DNA of 64,000 nucleotides from Eledone cirrhosa (Eukaryota). Below are positions 1 through 13,228 of the stretch, one piece after another; positions within the stretch are counted from its first letter, which is position 1, and each line of letters starts with the position of its first letter. The notes beneath the pieces are model-generated. The model saw only the letters and a list, made by a program, of their open reading frames with translations. It ran no database searches and was not told the origin of the DNA. A program made the translations under genes and the position numbers. Location of the stretch: contig OZ024742.1 of NCBI GenBank assembly GCA_964016885.1, positions 119,412,001 to 119,476,000 on the forward strand, read 5' to 3'.

Positions 1-425
1 TTAATAATACGAACTTAGTTTGCCATCAAGTTAGTGAGGAAATGTGGGAAGCTATGTCCGTTCTATTCGACTTGCTTCGCCTACTAATTATATATATATA
101 ATTAATTAATTAATTATAGTATGTGTTAGTTTATCACCGACACTTTAGTATGCTGGGTAGAGCACTGGACGAATTACACATGTGGGTCTGTTTACTCCAT
201 AGTATATTTTTATGATCATGAAGTACAAATCAACAGGTTATAATTCACTCCGTTTATTTATAATCGCTGTTATATATATTTCGGTGATAACAGTTATGCA
301 ACAGTTACCGGTGCTTTGAGAGACCAACACCAAATATCAGCCCGGAGCATATCAATGAATCAAAACAACAGAAGCAAGTTTTAGTTCTTTATGTTTTTCT
401 GTTTTTTTTTCCTGTTCAAATTCTA

Positions 426-484
426 GCTGTCTGATGAGGTCATAACTATTGCATAAGGGTTATCACCGAAATATATATAATAGT
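426..484 (+). ncRNA. Type I hammerhead ribozyme motif (C.C stem II class)
   Basis: GCUGU-CUGAUGA-GGUcAUAAC..GUUAUcACC-GAAA-UAUAUA-UA|AUAGU; a truncated inverted copy lies at ~230-307. Confidence 0.8.
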
Positions 485-718
485 GATTACGAATAAACGA
501 AGTGAATTATAACCTGTTGACTTGTTCTTCAGGTTTATATATATATATATATATATAAAAGAAAATTTTCGCTCTACATGGCTGAATACAATAAATGTAA
601 TCTGAGTTTTTCGAATATTAATAATAACATTCGATTCGTTTGCAATTATGCAAATAAGCCTCAATTTTATAGCCATGTCAGTAGAATGAACCCTTCATTC
701 TTACTCTTGTGTTGGCAT

Positions 719-784
719 GTGAACAGAACTGCAGACACTAATGTTTCTGGGTATCACCTTTCATCAGTACAGCTCACTGTTCAC
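719..784 (-). ncRNA. Type I hammerhead ribozyme motif (left arm of fold-back)
   Basis: Reverse complement of 1066-1131. Confidence 0.75.
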
Positions 785-1065
785 CTGCCAAACTGTCAGA
801 GCTAGTGAAAATATATGCTATTTTCAAAAATACACAGTAACTGATCGGCCTGATTTGCATATTATCAGACTGGCTGATCAGTCAGATCTGCATATTAGCA
901 GATCCACTGATCAACCAGATTTTCATATCAGCAGACTGATCAGTGGATCTGCTAATATGCAGATCTGACTGATCAGCCAGTCTGATAATATGCAAATCAG
1001 GCCGATCAGTTACTGTGTATTTTTGAAAATAGCATATATTTTCACTAGCTCTGACAGTTTGGCAG

Positions 1066-1131
1066 GTGAACAGTGAGCTGTACTGATGAAAGGTGATACC
1101 CAGAAACATTAGTGTCTGCAGTTCTGTTCAC
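1066..1131 (+). ncRNA. Type I hammerhead ribozyme motif, long bulged stem I, GUC site
   Basis: GUGAACA(GU)GAGCUGUA-CUGAUGA-AAGGUGAUACCCA-GAAA-CAUUAGUG-UC|UGCAGUUCUGUUCAC; 15-bp stem I with a 2-nt bulge; predicted cleavage after 1116. Confidence 0.8.
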
Positions 1132-1237
1132 ATCCAACACAAGAGCAAGAATGAAGGGTTCATTCTACTGATATGGCTATAAAATTGAGGCTTGTTTGCA
1201 TAATTGCAAACGAATCGAATGTTATTATTAATATTCG

Positions 1238-1420
1238 GTGGTGGATTGGCAGTATCGGTAGAGGGTCGGACGCCATGCTTTCCAGTGTAGTTACGTCCCT
1301 TTACGATCTGAGTTCAAATCCCGCCGAGGTTGACTTTGCCTTTCATCCTTACGGGGTCGATAAAATAAAGTACCAGTAATGCACTGGGTAATTGCTGGCC
1401 TTGAGCCTAAAGTAGAAACA
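1238..1420 (+). mobile_element. tRNA-derived SINE
   Basis: A box TGGCAGTATCGG, B box GAGTTCAAATCC, core GCCTTTCATCC..GGGGTCGATAAAATAAAGTACC; 14-bp TSD ATTATTAATATTCG at 1224-1237 and 1421-1434. Confidence 0.9.
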
Positions 1421-1699
1421 ATTATTAATATTCGAAAAACTCAGATTACATTTATTGTGTTCAGCCATGTAGAGCGAAATTTTCTTTTTTATTTGAATTT
1501 GGCAAAGCCGGCCATTTATCGCTCGTATACAGGAAACTAACTGGCCAGTCTGCTGTTATGCAAATCCGGCTGATCAGTGGATCTGCTAATATGCAGATGT
1601 GACTGATTAGCCAGTCTGATAATATGCAAATCAGGCCGATCAGTCATTATGTATCTTTGAAAATAGCATATATTTTCACTAGCTCTGACAGTTTGGCAG

Positions 1700-1765
1700 G
1701 TGAATAGTGAACTGTTCTGATGAAGGGTGATACCCAGAAACATTAGTGTCTGCAGTTCTGTTCAC
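1700..1765 (+). ncRNA. Type I hammerhead ribozyme motif (third copy)
   Basis: CUGAUGA-A-GGGU-GAU-ACCC-A-GAAA-CAUUAGUG-UC|; stem I changes are mostly wobble-compatible; predicted cleavage after 1750. Confidence 0.8.
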
Positions 1766-2426
1766 ATGCCAACACAAGAGCAAGAATGAAGAGTTCATTC
1801 TACTGACATGGTTATAAAATTGAGGCTTGTTTGCATAATTGCATAATTGCATAATTGCAAACGAATAGAATGTTATTAATTGAAACCGTGGCATGAACAC
1901 AGATTACCGACGACCTAAAACACCCAGCACATATGTAGAAATAGAAACCTTCCTAGTCAATGAAAGAGCCTCTATGTCGCTCGAATTGTTAGAAATAGTA
2001 GTCAAATCTCTTTTATACAACCGTAAAAAGTTCACTTTTAATGATTTAATCCTAAATACTATTGTCTGAAACAAGTAGGTGATGGCTACAAGGTTTTTAA
2101 TCAAAGACCTGCTCAATTGGGTTGACCTAGGCTAAACGAAAATCACTTGAATTATTTCAATGCACACATCATGCCTATATGTATGCAACAATGATCGTCG
2201 ATTGTCCTCACCTGTAATTAAATAGATCTAGAGAATCAAACCATACGACTACACTCGACCTCAGACACTTCTACCATACAACATAAGGATGTGCTAGACC
2301 GCCCATGTTCTGCCAACTATATCGCTATCTCCCGTTAAACAAGTTACCGACCCCCACCTATCACTTGTATAGGGATGGCGGGCGTTATCAAGCTTCAGTC
2401 TTCATATTACGTAGTTTCTGTATAAT

Positions 2427-2612
2427 AATTGTTTCTACTTTAGGCACAAGGCCAGCAATTACCCAGTGCATTACTGGTACTTTATTTTATCGACCCCGTA
2501 AGGATGAAAGGCAAAGTCAATCTCGGCGGGATTTGAACTCAGATCGTAAAGGGACGTAACTATGCTGGAAAGCATGGCGTCCGACCCTCTACCGATACTG
2601 CCAATCCACCGA
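2427..2612 (-). mobile_element. tRNA-derived SINE (same family)
   Basis: Near-identical reverse complement of 1238-1420; flanked by TTTCTGTATAATAAT repeats. Confidence 0.9.
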
Positions 2613-3384
2613 CCTTACCGTTTCTGTATAATAATAATCATTGTTATCTGCAGCAACTACAGCCCTATTGTGCAGTCGTGTGCCCACGACCAAATAAAGA
2701 ATCATTAAATCGGTGTATAATTCACTGTGAACCTAATTTCAGACCAATACAAAATAAAACCGAAACATTAAAGGTAGCTTGTATCAAAGTGATATTAGCC
2801 TGGAAATTAAATAAATCACAATCTAAATAAATGAAATTAGTACAAATAAATAGATATTACCTAAATATGTTCTCAACATTTTAGACCAACCAACCATCAA
2901 ACGTACCAACACACACACTGACACATATATCCATATGGCACCACTACCCTGACCTATATAGAACTATATGACATTCGGGGCCACTACATGATGCAGCCAG
3001 ATAAAGTGACCAAGTTGAAACTTCGAGGTCACACACACACACACACACATATATTTATATATAATGTCTGTGTGGGCGTATGTACTTGTGTGCACACATA
3101 CACACATATATATTTATATTTTCCTCTATATGTATGTATGTATACGCACAATCACAATTTAGGTAGGATATTTATGGGCTGTTTACGGAAATAATTATCA
3201 TTCAAGAAAGATTATAGTAATATCTTTGGGCTATGAGAGGCGTATTCCCGTCTTTGCTGGGGTTATTATTATTTTCCTTTCAATGTCACACAAAAGAAAA
3301 CAACGAAGAAGACGAGGGATATAATAAAATGATCTGCCTGCAAGGTATTAGAAAATTCTTCCTCCACCTTTCTCTCTCACACAC

Positions 3385-3435
<51 letters not shown>

Positions 3436-3465
3436 TATATATATATATATTATATATATATATAT

Positions 3466-3496
<31 letters not shown>

Positions 3497-3557
3497 ATAT
3501 ATATTATATATATATATATATATTATATATATATATATTATATATATATATTATATA

Positions 3558-3606
<49 letters not shown>

Positions 3607-3614
3607 ATTATATA

Positions 3615-3671
<57 letters not shown>

Positions 3672-3757
3672 ATTATATATATATATTATATATATATTAT
3701 ATATATATATATATATTATATATATATATATTATATATATATTATATATATATATAT

Positions 3758-3791
<34 letters not shown>

Positions 3792-3842
3792 ATTATATAT
3801 ATATATATTATATATATATATATTATATATATATATATTATA

Positions 3843-3911
<69 letters not shown>

Positions 3912-3913
3912 AT

Positions 3914-3962
<49 letters not shown>

Positions 3963-4118
3963 ATATATATATTATATATATATATTATGTATATATATAT
4001 ATATATTATATATATATTATATATATATATTATGTATATATATATATATATTATATATATATTATATATATATTATGTATATATATATTATATATATATT
4101 ATGTATATATATATTATA

Positions 4119-4193
<75 letters not shown>

Positions 4194-4449
4194 ATATTAT
4201 ATATTATATATATATATTATATATATATATTATATATATATATATATATTATATATTATATATATATATTATATATATATATATATTATATATTATATAT
4301 ATATATAATATATATATATATATTATATATATATATATATTATATATTATATATATATATAATATATATATATATATTATATATATATATATATTATATA
4401 TTATATATATATATAATATATATATATATTATATATATATATATTATAT

Positions 4450-4481
<32 letters not shown>

Positions 4482-4526
4482 ATTATATATATATATATAT
4501 TATATATATATTATATTATATATATA

Positions 4527-4598
<72 letters not shown>
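3385..4598. repeat. Very long imperfect (TA)n microsatellite
   Basis: ~1.2 kb of TA with periodic TT/TG interruptions. Other large (TA)n tracts at ~9320-9685, 12640-12745, 13140-13560, 19120-19770. Confidence 0.98.
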
Positions 4599-4602
<4 letters not shown>

Positions 4603-4839
4603 TTTGAGTATATGTTGGTTGTATACCAACACCTCAGTATGCAGATTGGAGCACTCGACGAAGTGTACAGGTTAGTTTGGTTACTCTGGAGTAATGTAAA
4701 ATAAAATAAAATAAATAAGTCAAAATGATTCGAGTTCCTCAGTGAAATAACAACCCAACCAGGAACTGGGCATATCAGAGTATTGACAAAATTATACACC
4801 TCAACAACATGTGTACTCGTCTCTACCACACTAATTCGG

Positions 4840-4894
4840 ACTGCCTGAAGAGGTCACAGCCAAAGATGGCTGTCACCGAAATATATATAGCAAT
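4840..4894 (+). ncRNA. Type I hammerhead ribozyme motif (C.C class)
   Basis: ACUGC-CUGAAGA-GGUcACAGCCA-AAGA-UGGCUGUcACC-GAAA-UAUAUA-UA|GCAAU. Confidence 0.8.
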
Positions 4895-4945
4895 AATAAA
4901 CGAAGCCAAATTTTAAACATTTGACTTATTTATTTTATTTTATTT

Positions 4946-4997
<52 letters not shown>

Positions 4998-5902
4998 GAC
5001 TACTACAGTACTAGAACTGTTATCATTCATCCTGTAGAAGTCATTTCTATATAAAATAAAGATGCATATACTCTACTAATGTATTGGGTACCTTTTTTAA
5101 CATTTGATGTTCGTAATTGATCAAAGTTTCTATTGATGAAATCGTTCCAGTATTTGGATATCCCAGCAGTACAAAGTTCCCATTGCACAACCATAGAGTA
5201 AGGTGGAAACAACTACGGCTCGATACATCAGTGATGCCATCAAAAGGATGAAACCAAGGAAGTTACTTGGTCAAGATAACATACCTTTAAGAAGAAGGTC
5301 ATTCCACCTCATCCTGAATATGTGGAAAACCCAAATATATCTGCAGATTTTAAGAAGGCCTTTATCGCCACAGTCGTTAAGAAGGGAAATCGCAGCATCT
5401 GTGAAAACTGCCATGGCATATCCTAAGAAAATCCTTGCCAGAATACTAGTCAACCGTCCCCTAGTCAGTGATGTCAGAATCTCAGTGTGGGTTTCGAGTC
5501 CCTAAAGAACTATTGACAAGACAGTTGCCGGAAAAATGCAGTGAACAACGGAAACTTCTCTTGTCTGTCTTCTGTGAACTCGCATAGTTATGTGGAGGCT
5601 GCTGAAATGATTTATCCAACTAAAAAACATAAATGTTTAACTCTGAACAATGTATCCTGCTTCTGTCATTTTGTTTACAAGTACTGTACGTATCTTATCT
5701 TTTCATTTGACACAACAAAAGTTGAAATTATTGAAATAATAAACATATCTGCATGTTTTCATGAGATAGAAACATCAGAATTTACACGTCAGAAGGAGGT
5801 GTCGATAACCGCCCAAATAAGATCAAGGCCTATTTATCGATTAAATAGATAAGAACGAGGAAGGCCTATAACAATATTTTGTCACATTTTTCTATCTATT
5901 AT

Positions 5903-6352
5903 TATACTAGACCTGAAAAATGCGCAAGCTCAAAAGAGCCACATAATGTTATAATAAACCTTCAAAAGTGTGGGACTAGAGTTGTTACTCAAAAGTATTG
6001 TAATAATTATCTATCGTACACTCTGTGGCATCCTTTTATATAAAAGAGACTCATAACGAACTCAAGACGACACGATAATTATTTAAGCTAATGTTCAATA
6101 GCTCATATTAGATGTTTAGTAATGATTAATACGAAATGCACTTAAACCGAATTCTATATTATAAATTCACTTAAATAATTATCGTGTCGTCTTGCGTTCG
6201 TTTTGAGTCTCTTTTTTATAAAAGGATTCCACAGAGTGTACGATAGATAATGATTACAATATTTTTGAGCAACAACTCTAGTCCCACACTTTTGAACGTT
6301 TACTATAACATTCTATGGCTCCTTTGAGCTTGCGCATTTTTCAGGTCTAGTT
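5903..6352. repeat. Diverged ~450-bp palindrome (MITE or fold-back)
   Basis: CTAGACCTGAAAAATGCGCAAGCTC... pairs with ...GAGCTTGCGCATTTTTCAGGTCTAG; arms ~190 bp with scattered mismatches. Confidence 0.8.
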
Positions 6353-7258
6353 TAATATTTTTTAAGGCAACGCTTGTAATAACTCTATTTAAAACATGAT
6401 ATATATTAATAATAAATTATCGTTGTAATGTAATTAGATTATATAATTGTTATTTTATGAATGATCTTATAAATATTATTGTAAGATGTATAAAAATATT
6501 TTCAGACTTTTCATATAAACAACTACAAAAAACAATCAATATTAAATAAATATATTTTACATAATAATTGTTATAGTTGAATTAATAAAAATTAAATATT
6601 ACATACAAATAGTCTAACATAATAATAAAAAAATAATCTAACATAATAATAATAAAATAATCTAACATAAAACGAACAATAATATGGACAAATATACAAG
6701 TAAATATGATACAACCAATATTATAAGCATGTTATAACGAACTGAAAAAAATATAGTTAATATAAATTTAAAAAGTCATATATAAATTAACAATATAACT
6801 TACCAAAACGAGAAAAATAGTTTGATGATAAACGACGAAATACAGGAGGAAGATTCGAAAGTGAAACGATAAATAAACGTGCAAACAAAATGACGGATGT
6901 TTTTGAGCAACAACTACTCTCATTGGTTGATTAGCCAATAAGACGATATATTACAAAAGATGTTTGGCAGGGATCACCACGGCCAGCGAAAGCCCTTGAA
7001 TTTTTTTATTCACAAGCTACGCATATATGTCAGACATGCAGACTTAAAACATTCTGTTGTTAGACACTGCACAAACATTCATATCAATTCACATACAAAC
7101 ACAAACACACACATCTGCATATATGCATATATATATATATATATTAATAAAAGGAATTCCAACTTTGTCTGATTTACTCGTTTTATTTACAATCCTTTAA
7201 AATTATAATGATATTATAAGGAAATATTATGGTAGAATATTAAATGTTAAATGTTAAT

Positions 7259-7297
7259 TGAACAAGTACTTTCATGCTTTCGGAATCTTCAGGTTCA
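7259..7297 (-). ncRNA. Degenerate minimal hammerhead motif
   Basis: UGAAC-CUGAAGA-UUCCGAAAGCAU-GAAA-GUAC-UU|GUUCA; stem I perfect, stem II weak. Confidence 0.55.
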
Positions 7298-7944
7298 TAT
7301 TCAGTGGTGACAGTCAAGTTTGCAATTTTCAACTGTCACAGTTGAAAATTGCAAACTTTCCTTATAATATCATTATAATTTTAAAGGATTGTAAATAAAA
7401 CGAGTAAATCAGACAACGTTGGAATTCCTTTTATTAATATAATCTTCTATACACAATCATACACACCCGTGTGTGTATATATATATATATAGCAATAATA
7501 ATAAATTTGAAGACTAAAATCCAAAGAAGGCTCGATAAGGATAAATATATACCAAATATATAAGAACCCTAGAGCAAATATTTATTAAAATAACAGATTA
7601 AAGATTTAAGCAAAGAATCGCTGCTTTCATCCATAACGGGATCTTCTGAAACAGTTTCAGAAGTTCCCGTTAAGGGTGATAGCAGCGATTCTTTGCTTAA
7701 ACTTTAATCTGTTATTTTAATATATATATATATATATATACAGTATTTACGTATCGAGAGAGAGAAAAAAAGAGGGAAGATAGGTGATACATATAGTTAT
7801 GCCAAAGGTGCTCGATACTAGTGCCGGCAGTATTAAATATTCGAAGTGTTAATATTTAGTGGGCTAGAGAATTAGCAGAGCGTAAGCACGTGGGAAAGTA
7901 AGAAATCGGAGAATAGACCGTTAAAACATGTTTATTTAAAACAG

Positions 7945-7984
7945 CACCTACGTACGTTTCGCCCAGTTGGGCTTCTCAAGGGCA
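7945..7984 (-). ncRNA. Minimal hammerhead motif with CUUGAGAA core
   Basis: UGCC-CUUGAGAA-GCCCA-AC-UGGGC-GAAA-CGUACG-UA|GGUG, followed by AAUAAA. Confidence 0.7.
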
Positions 7985-8012
7985 TAAATAATCAAAAGTG
8001 TTCCTTACATTG

Positions 8013-8071
<59 letters not shown>

Positions 8072-8176
8072 TAAACAGAAACAAAAAAAGCAAACGACAC
8101 AGTACAATGAAGAAATATATATATATATATATATACGATATTAGATAAATGGAAACTATATTTATAAAACCATATT

Positions 8177-8242
8177 TATTTCATTATATATATTTCAGGG
8201 ATATCATATTAAAAATATGGTATGCCTTCATCAGACAAAATA
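8177..8242 (-). ncRNA. Hammerhead motif (left arm of 8134-8482 palindrome)
   Basis: Reverse complement of 8374-8439. Confidence 0.75.
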
Positions 8243-8373
8243 CAATATAAACAGTCTTATAAATAGATAGATTTGACATACCTTACACTTCAAACTTCCA
8301 TTTAAAAAGTTTAAATGGAAGTTTGAAGTGTAAGGTATGTCAAATCTATCTATTTATAAGACTGTTTATATTA

Positions 8374-8439
8374 TATTTTGTCTGATGAAGGCATACCATA
8401 TTTTTAATATGATATCCCTGAAATATATATAATGAAATA
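8374..8439 (+). ncRNA. Type I hammerhead ribozyme motif (C.C class)
   Basis: UAUUUUGU-CUGAUGA-AGGcAUACCAUAU..AUAUGAUAUcCCU-GAAA-UAUAUA-UA|AUGAAAUA. Confidence 0.8.
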
Positions 8440-8565
8440 AATATGGTTTTATAAATATAGTTTCCATTTATCTAATATCGTAAATATACTCCAAATACTT
8501 GTTGAGTGCTTTTATATCAGTTATAAATATTTACTCGTTGTAACCCAACAATTTAAATAAAACTT

Positions 8566-8613
<48 letters not shown>

Positions 8614-8703
8614 AAGGTTGCAGGTAAATGCGTCAGTAGGCGGTATGCCGGTTGAGAACTTGATGCTCGCGCAGAGCAGAGTATATTATTATAGATAACG
8701 AGG

Positions 8704-8887
8704 TGGTTGATTGGCAGTATCGGTAGAGGGTTGGACGCCATGCTTTCTAGCATAGAGTTACGTCCCTTTATGATCTGAGTTCAAATCCCGCCGAGGTTAA
8801 CTTTGCCTTTCATCCTTACGGGGTCGATAAAATAAAGTACCAGTAATGTGCTGGGTAATTGCTGGCCTTGTGCCTAAAGTAGAAACA
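8704..8887 (+). mobile_element. tRNA-derived SINE
   Basis: Same family; 19-bp TSD ATTATTATAGATAACGAGG at 8685-8703 and 8888-8906. Confidence 0.9.
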
Positions 8888-9317
8888 ATTATTATAGATA
8901 ACGAGGAATCAGTGATGCATCAAACCACAATTTATTAACATATTACATATGTTTCCCGTCGATCATATCGAGGCAGGATCTGTTACAGATCGAACCTGAC
9001 TCTGCATTCGAACGAACCTTCGAATGCAGAGTCAGGTTCGATCTGTATCGATCTGGCCCGACTCAGGAATCAAAATCTCGTTGGGACTCTGCTATGGTAA
9101 TGACAGAATGAACCTCGTTACAGACGGGAAACTACGCATCGAGTGCTCACTCAGGTGAACCTACAGTAACTGCACGTTACACTCCCTATATATAAGTTTA
9201 TCCCGAGTTCAATCGGGAGTAAGCACAGTAAGTAAGGTACTCAATGCATAGCGGAGTATAAAAACTTAATATAGAAATGGCTTCTACAGGACTAGAACTG
9301 TTTCATTCAGGAGAAAT

Positions 9318-9374
<57 letters not shown>

Positions 9375-9406
9375 CATATATATATATATATATACATATA
9401 TATATA

Positions 9407-9613
<207 letters not shown>

Positions 9614-9647
9614 TATATATATATATGTGTATATATATATATGTATG

Positions 9648-9679
<32 letters not shown>

Positions 9680-9739
9680 TATATAAACCCTCCGCTGTGA
9701 GTAATTTCGATATTAAAGAAAATAATGTAAAACAAAATG

Positions 9740-10178
9740 CGAAATAAAAACAAAATTCTTTATAAGACTTTATAAGAGGTGTTGACAGTATCGTCCTTCA
9801 TTTTCAACTTGTTTTGAAACACATCTTGGAGAGTGTTACGTACTACGGACAGTGTGAAGGGTATAAGTGCATCTTTCGGGTCGTTAATTGTTTTCGGACG
9901 ATTCTTATACGGCGATTCTTTAACTGCTCCCCAGGAAAAGAAATCTGGCAGTGTCAAATCAGGTGATCTTAGTGGTCAAAGTTCCTTCAAAATAATCCGA
10001 TCAGCAAAGAGCACTTGGAGTAGCCATGGTTGCGGAGAAGTGTGTGCTCTGTAGTTCCTTTTTGTTGAAAATAAGCATTGTTAATTTCACATTCAGTAAG
10101 TTGGTCTAGGAATGGATAGACAATAACTGAGAGCGATATGACAAAATACTGCGGAGAGACTTTTTGAACACCCTGCAC
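9740..10178 (-). mobile_element. Tc1/mariner-superfamily transposase relic
   Basis: Minus-strand FQQKGTTEHT and PLRSPDLTLPDFFSWGAVKE match FQQDGAxxH and WPxRSPDLxPxDFFLWG; TIR-like end CAGGGTGTTCAAAAAGTC. Confidence 0.75.
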
Positions 10179-10192
10179 ATATATATATACAC

Positions 10193-10233
<41 letters not shown>

Positions 10234-10563
10234 TTTCTGTTAGCGTAAACAATTAATTTGATTATGTAACAAGAAACTGAAGCGGCTTACAGTAATGTTT
10301 TACTCGACAGTCGAATTATTTCATTTGATAAATCCTGTCGTAGTTCCATTATAGGTCCCAAGAGTAGAAATTTACCAAATTAATATTTAAATTATTATTT
10401 AAAACATCACATTCAAGAAGAGTGAGAATAACTATTGCATCACACTGCTACGTGTTTCTTTGTATCTGTTACATATCAGTTTGATATGTAACATATACAA
10501 AGAAACACGTGTCAGTGTTATACAATAATAACACACAAAAACAGGACAGAAAATAAAAACCCA

Positions 10564-10606
10564 GTCACTGAGGAGGTCATAGAATATGTGATGAAAGAGC
10601 TCTGAC
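10564..10606 (+). ncRNA. Probable minimal hammerhead motif
   Basis: GUCA-CUGAGGA-G-GUCAUA-GAAUA-UGUGAU-GAAA-GAGC-UC|UGAC; one extra G before stem II. Confidence 0.55.
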
Positions 10607-11003
10607 AATATATAAACAACCATCAAGTTATCAAACCAACTAACCAACCGGAAATTTATAATAAATTGAAGTGAAAACTAACAGGTGCACAGGTGCATGT
10701 GTCTTTATTGGAAGCATGGACCTTATAATGTATAACAATGTATGTCTATACTTGTATATATATATATATATATATATTCTCTAGTTCACGATTTTATCGA
10801 GTTTATATTCATAGAAATCTGGGACTTGTCTCTTTCCTCTCACTTTCTGTTGCTTAAACCATTTTGTTTGTTCACCCTAACGTTCTCTTTATTTACGTGT
10901 CCCAACGACTTTTTTTAGCCGTTGTTCGCACCAACCTGAGGTATATGGCCCTTAAAGCGATGAAATGCCTGGGACGGTTGGAGGGTCACTGATGAAGGAC
11001 TCA

Positions 11004-11068
<65 letters not shown>

Positions 11069-11344
11069 GTCTGTATGTCTGTAAAATATCTGTCTGTATG
11101 TCTGGATGTCTGCATTAGACATTATGAAAACATTGTTCTTATTGCTGACGTATTATTTTCGCTATTTTTCGTTCATTGCCAGAGAACGTCTTCACGAACC
11201 AAAGTATCGTCTTCTTGTTTTCCTTCGGCTCCAACGTTTTTCGAAATATTCACTTCTGCGTTCACAGAATGATTTTTTTTGTTTCAGAAGATCCCGTTAA
11301 GGGTGAAAGCAGCGATTCTTTGCTTAAACTTTAATCTGTTATTT

Positions 11345-12231
11345 TAATATATATATAATTATATATTCGTGTACAGATATTTTTGCATACACAAAAACAA
11401 AATATAAACAAACGTATTTATTTCACGAAAGCACAGACGGCTTATCGTCATTGTTACTGCCGATATGCCACCCCAAAAGTCCCACTACTTTTGGCACAAG
11501 GCCAGCAAACTGGTAGAGTACTCCTTACTCTACCAGTTAGTCTCAGTGTACTTCGTCCTGCTTTTAGGTCATGCCTCGAAGGAAGAGACACTCCATTGGC
11601 CGAAATACTGCGAAAGCGGCAAGAAAAAGAACAAGGCGGGCAAACGAATCGTCAGTGGAATCTGCTATTCGACGGTCACAAGATGCTGAACGTACCGCCA
11701 CCAGAAGAGCACTTGAAACAGACAACCAACGAACCATTCACCGAACCGTGTCAGCTTTGCAATGTCTATCAACAAATCCCAGGGTCAGACCCTAGCTGTT
11801 GCTGGTCTTCTTTTGGAAGAGTCGTGTTTTTCACGTTGGCTGCTCAAGAGTGGGAAGCAAGACAAATCTCTTTGCATATGCCCGACCCGGAAGAATAAGG
11901 AACATTGTGTACAAGGAGGTGCTACAATCATTGTTAGGTTGAGGCAGAAGGGATATACACGATTGGCTGAAGAAGGACGAGACATTGATAGTAGTACGAC
12001 CAACGGCTGCTATCACACCAACAGCAGTAAAAACAACAACAACAAAAAAGAGAGGGAACGCAATTACAAGCTTTTGAAAAATCTTAATGGAAAATTCTTT
12101 GCCTAAGCACAAAATGTAGACACCATCCCCAGGCCAAGGTATTCCGTACTTCTCTGTACTGTTTCAGAAAGGAGGGATAAACATGCCAATCTATGTTTAG
12201 AAGCCCGCGCAACGCCGGGCCATTCTGCTAC
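11345..12231 (+). mobile_element. Internally deleted Helitron
   Basis: MPRRKRHSIGR Rep-Hel-like N-terminus fused to the PIF1-helicase C-terminal motif AMSINKSQGQTL..GLLLEESCFS; 3' GC hairpin GCCCG..CGGGC then CTGCTAC; 5' boundary approximate. Confidence 0.78.
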
Positions 12232-12258
12232 TATATATATATATATATATATATATAT

Positions 12259-12294
<36 letters not shown>

Positions 12295-12664
12295 GGAACG
12301 ATCGACTTTCGTCAAATCGGACCGAGGAAACAATGTTTCCGTTGGTCTTTCCAATTGCTAGTACTATCTATCGGTCGCAACTCCAGGTAGAAGGAGCAAT
12401 GTGAAATAAAGTGTCTTGCTCAAGGACATAACGGTCCAGGAATCGAACTCACAACCTCACGATTGCGAATCCAATACTCTAACCACTCAGCCACACGCCT
12501 TCACATATATATATATATAGAGAGAGAGAGATATGCATAGATATATGTATATGTTATGAGTGTGTATATGCGTGCGTGTATATATATATATATATACACA
12601 CACACATAAATATATATTTATGTATACTGTATATATATATATATATACAGTATATATATATATA

Positions 12665-12747
<83 letters not shown>

Positions 12748-12880
12748 AGACGTAAAATAAGAAAATTATAAAATTAACTTACTTACTAAAATATCACTTC
12801 CAACTATTTCCTATCCACTGAATTATTTTTTAATAAGTTTCCAGTGTCCTCGCTTTGCCTAGAAACTTACATGAGAATAG

Positions 12881-12963
12881 ACTTTCCTGACGACGGAATG
12901 CTTCTCTATATTATTCTTCGGAAAATATATTTACTCCATTCCGGAAACTAATTAGTTGGAAGT
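12881..12963 (+). ncRNA. Type I hammerhead ribozyme motif, large loop II
   Basis: ACUUUC-CUGACGA-CGGAAUG-(36 nt)-CAUUCCG-GAAA-CUAAUUAG-UU|GGAAGU. Confidence 0.82.
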
Positions 12964-13136
12964 GATATTTTAGTAAGTAAGTTAATTTTATAATTTTCTT
13001 ATTTTACGTCTCTTATATTATTGTTCTGCAACCCCATGCATTGAACCACACTGTTATTAACACAAAACCTATATATTTGCTAGCATCGATATGCATCTGT
13101 ATGTATATATATGTTACTAGATATGAATTCTTTATT

Positions 13137-13201
<65 letters not shown>

Positions 13202-13228
13202 TTTATATATATACAGTATATATATATA

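Larger units (their letters stand above)
556..1490. mobile_element. Fold-back (inverted duplication) non-coding element carrying hammerheads; right arm interrupted by a SINE
   Basis: 556-~905 is the reverse complement of ~945-1237 plus 1421-1490; centre ~925; a third direct copy at ~1543-1880; ~33-bp internal subrepeats. Confidence 0.85.
8134..8482. mobile_element. Near-perfect 349-bp palindrome with a hammerhead in each arm
   Basis: Arms are reverse complements around 8308; adjoins (TA)n; a truncated relative lies at ~41500-41562. Confidence 0.85.

Noticed and set aside
1238-1420. tRNA gene
   Set aside because: A and B boxes are present, but there is no cloverleaf, and the element is multi-copy with TSDs: a SINE.
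741-1743. Three near-identical 68-75 aa ORFs (MFLGITFHQ...)
   Set aside because: They are the antisense reading of the hammerhead-bearing repeat; no protein features.
3233-4607. Long Y/I-rich ORFs (455 aa and others), and similar ORFs at 9.3, 13, 19 and 30 kb
   Set aside because: Translations of (TA)n/(CA)n microsatellites, which lack stop codons; not genes.
11383-12106. Host PIF1 helicase gene
   Set aside because: Only a short, frame-disrupted C-terminal motif fused to a Rep-Hel-like N-terminus, with a Helitron 3' hairpin.
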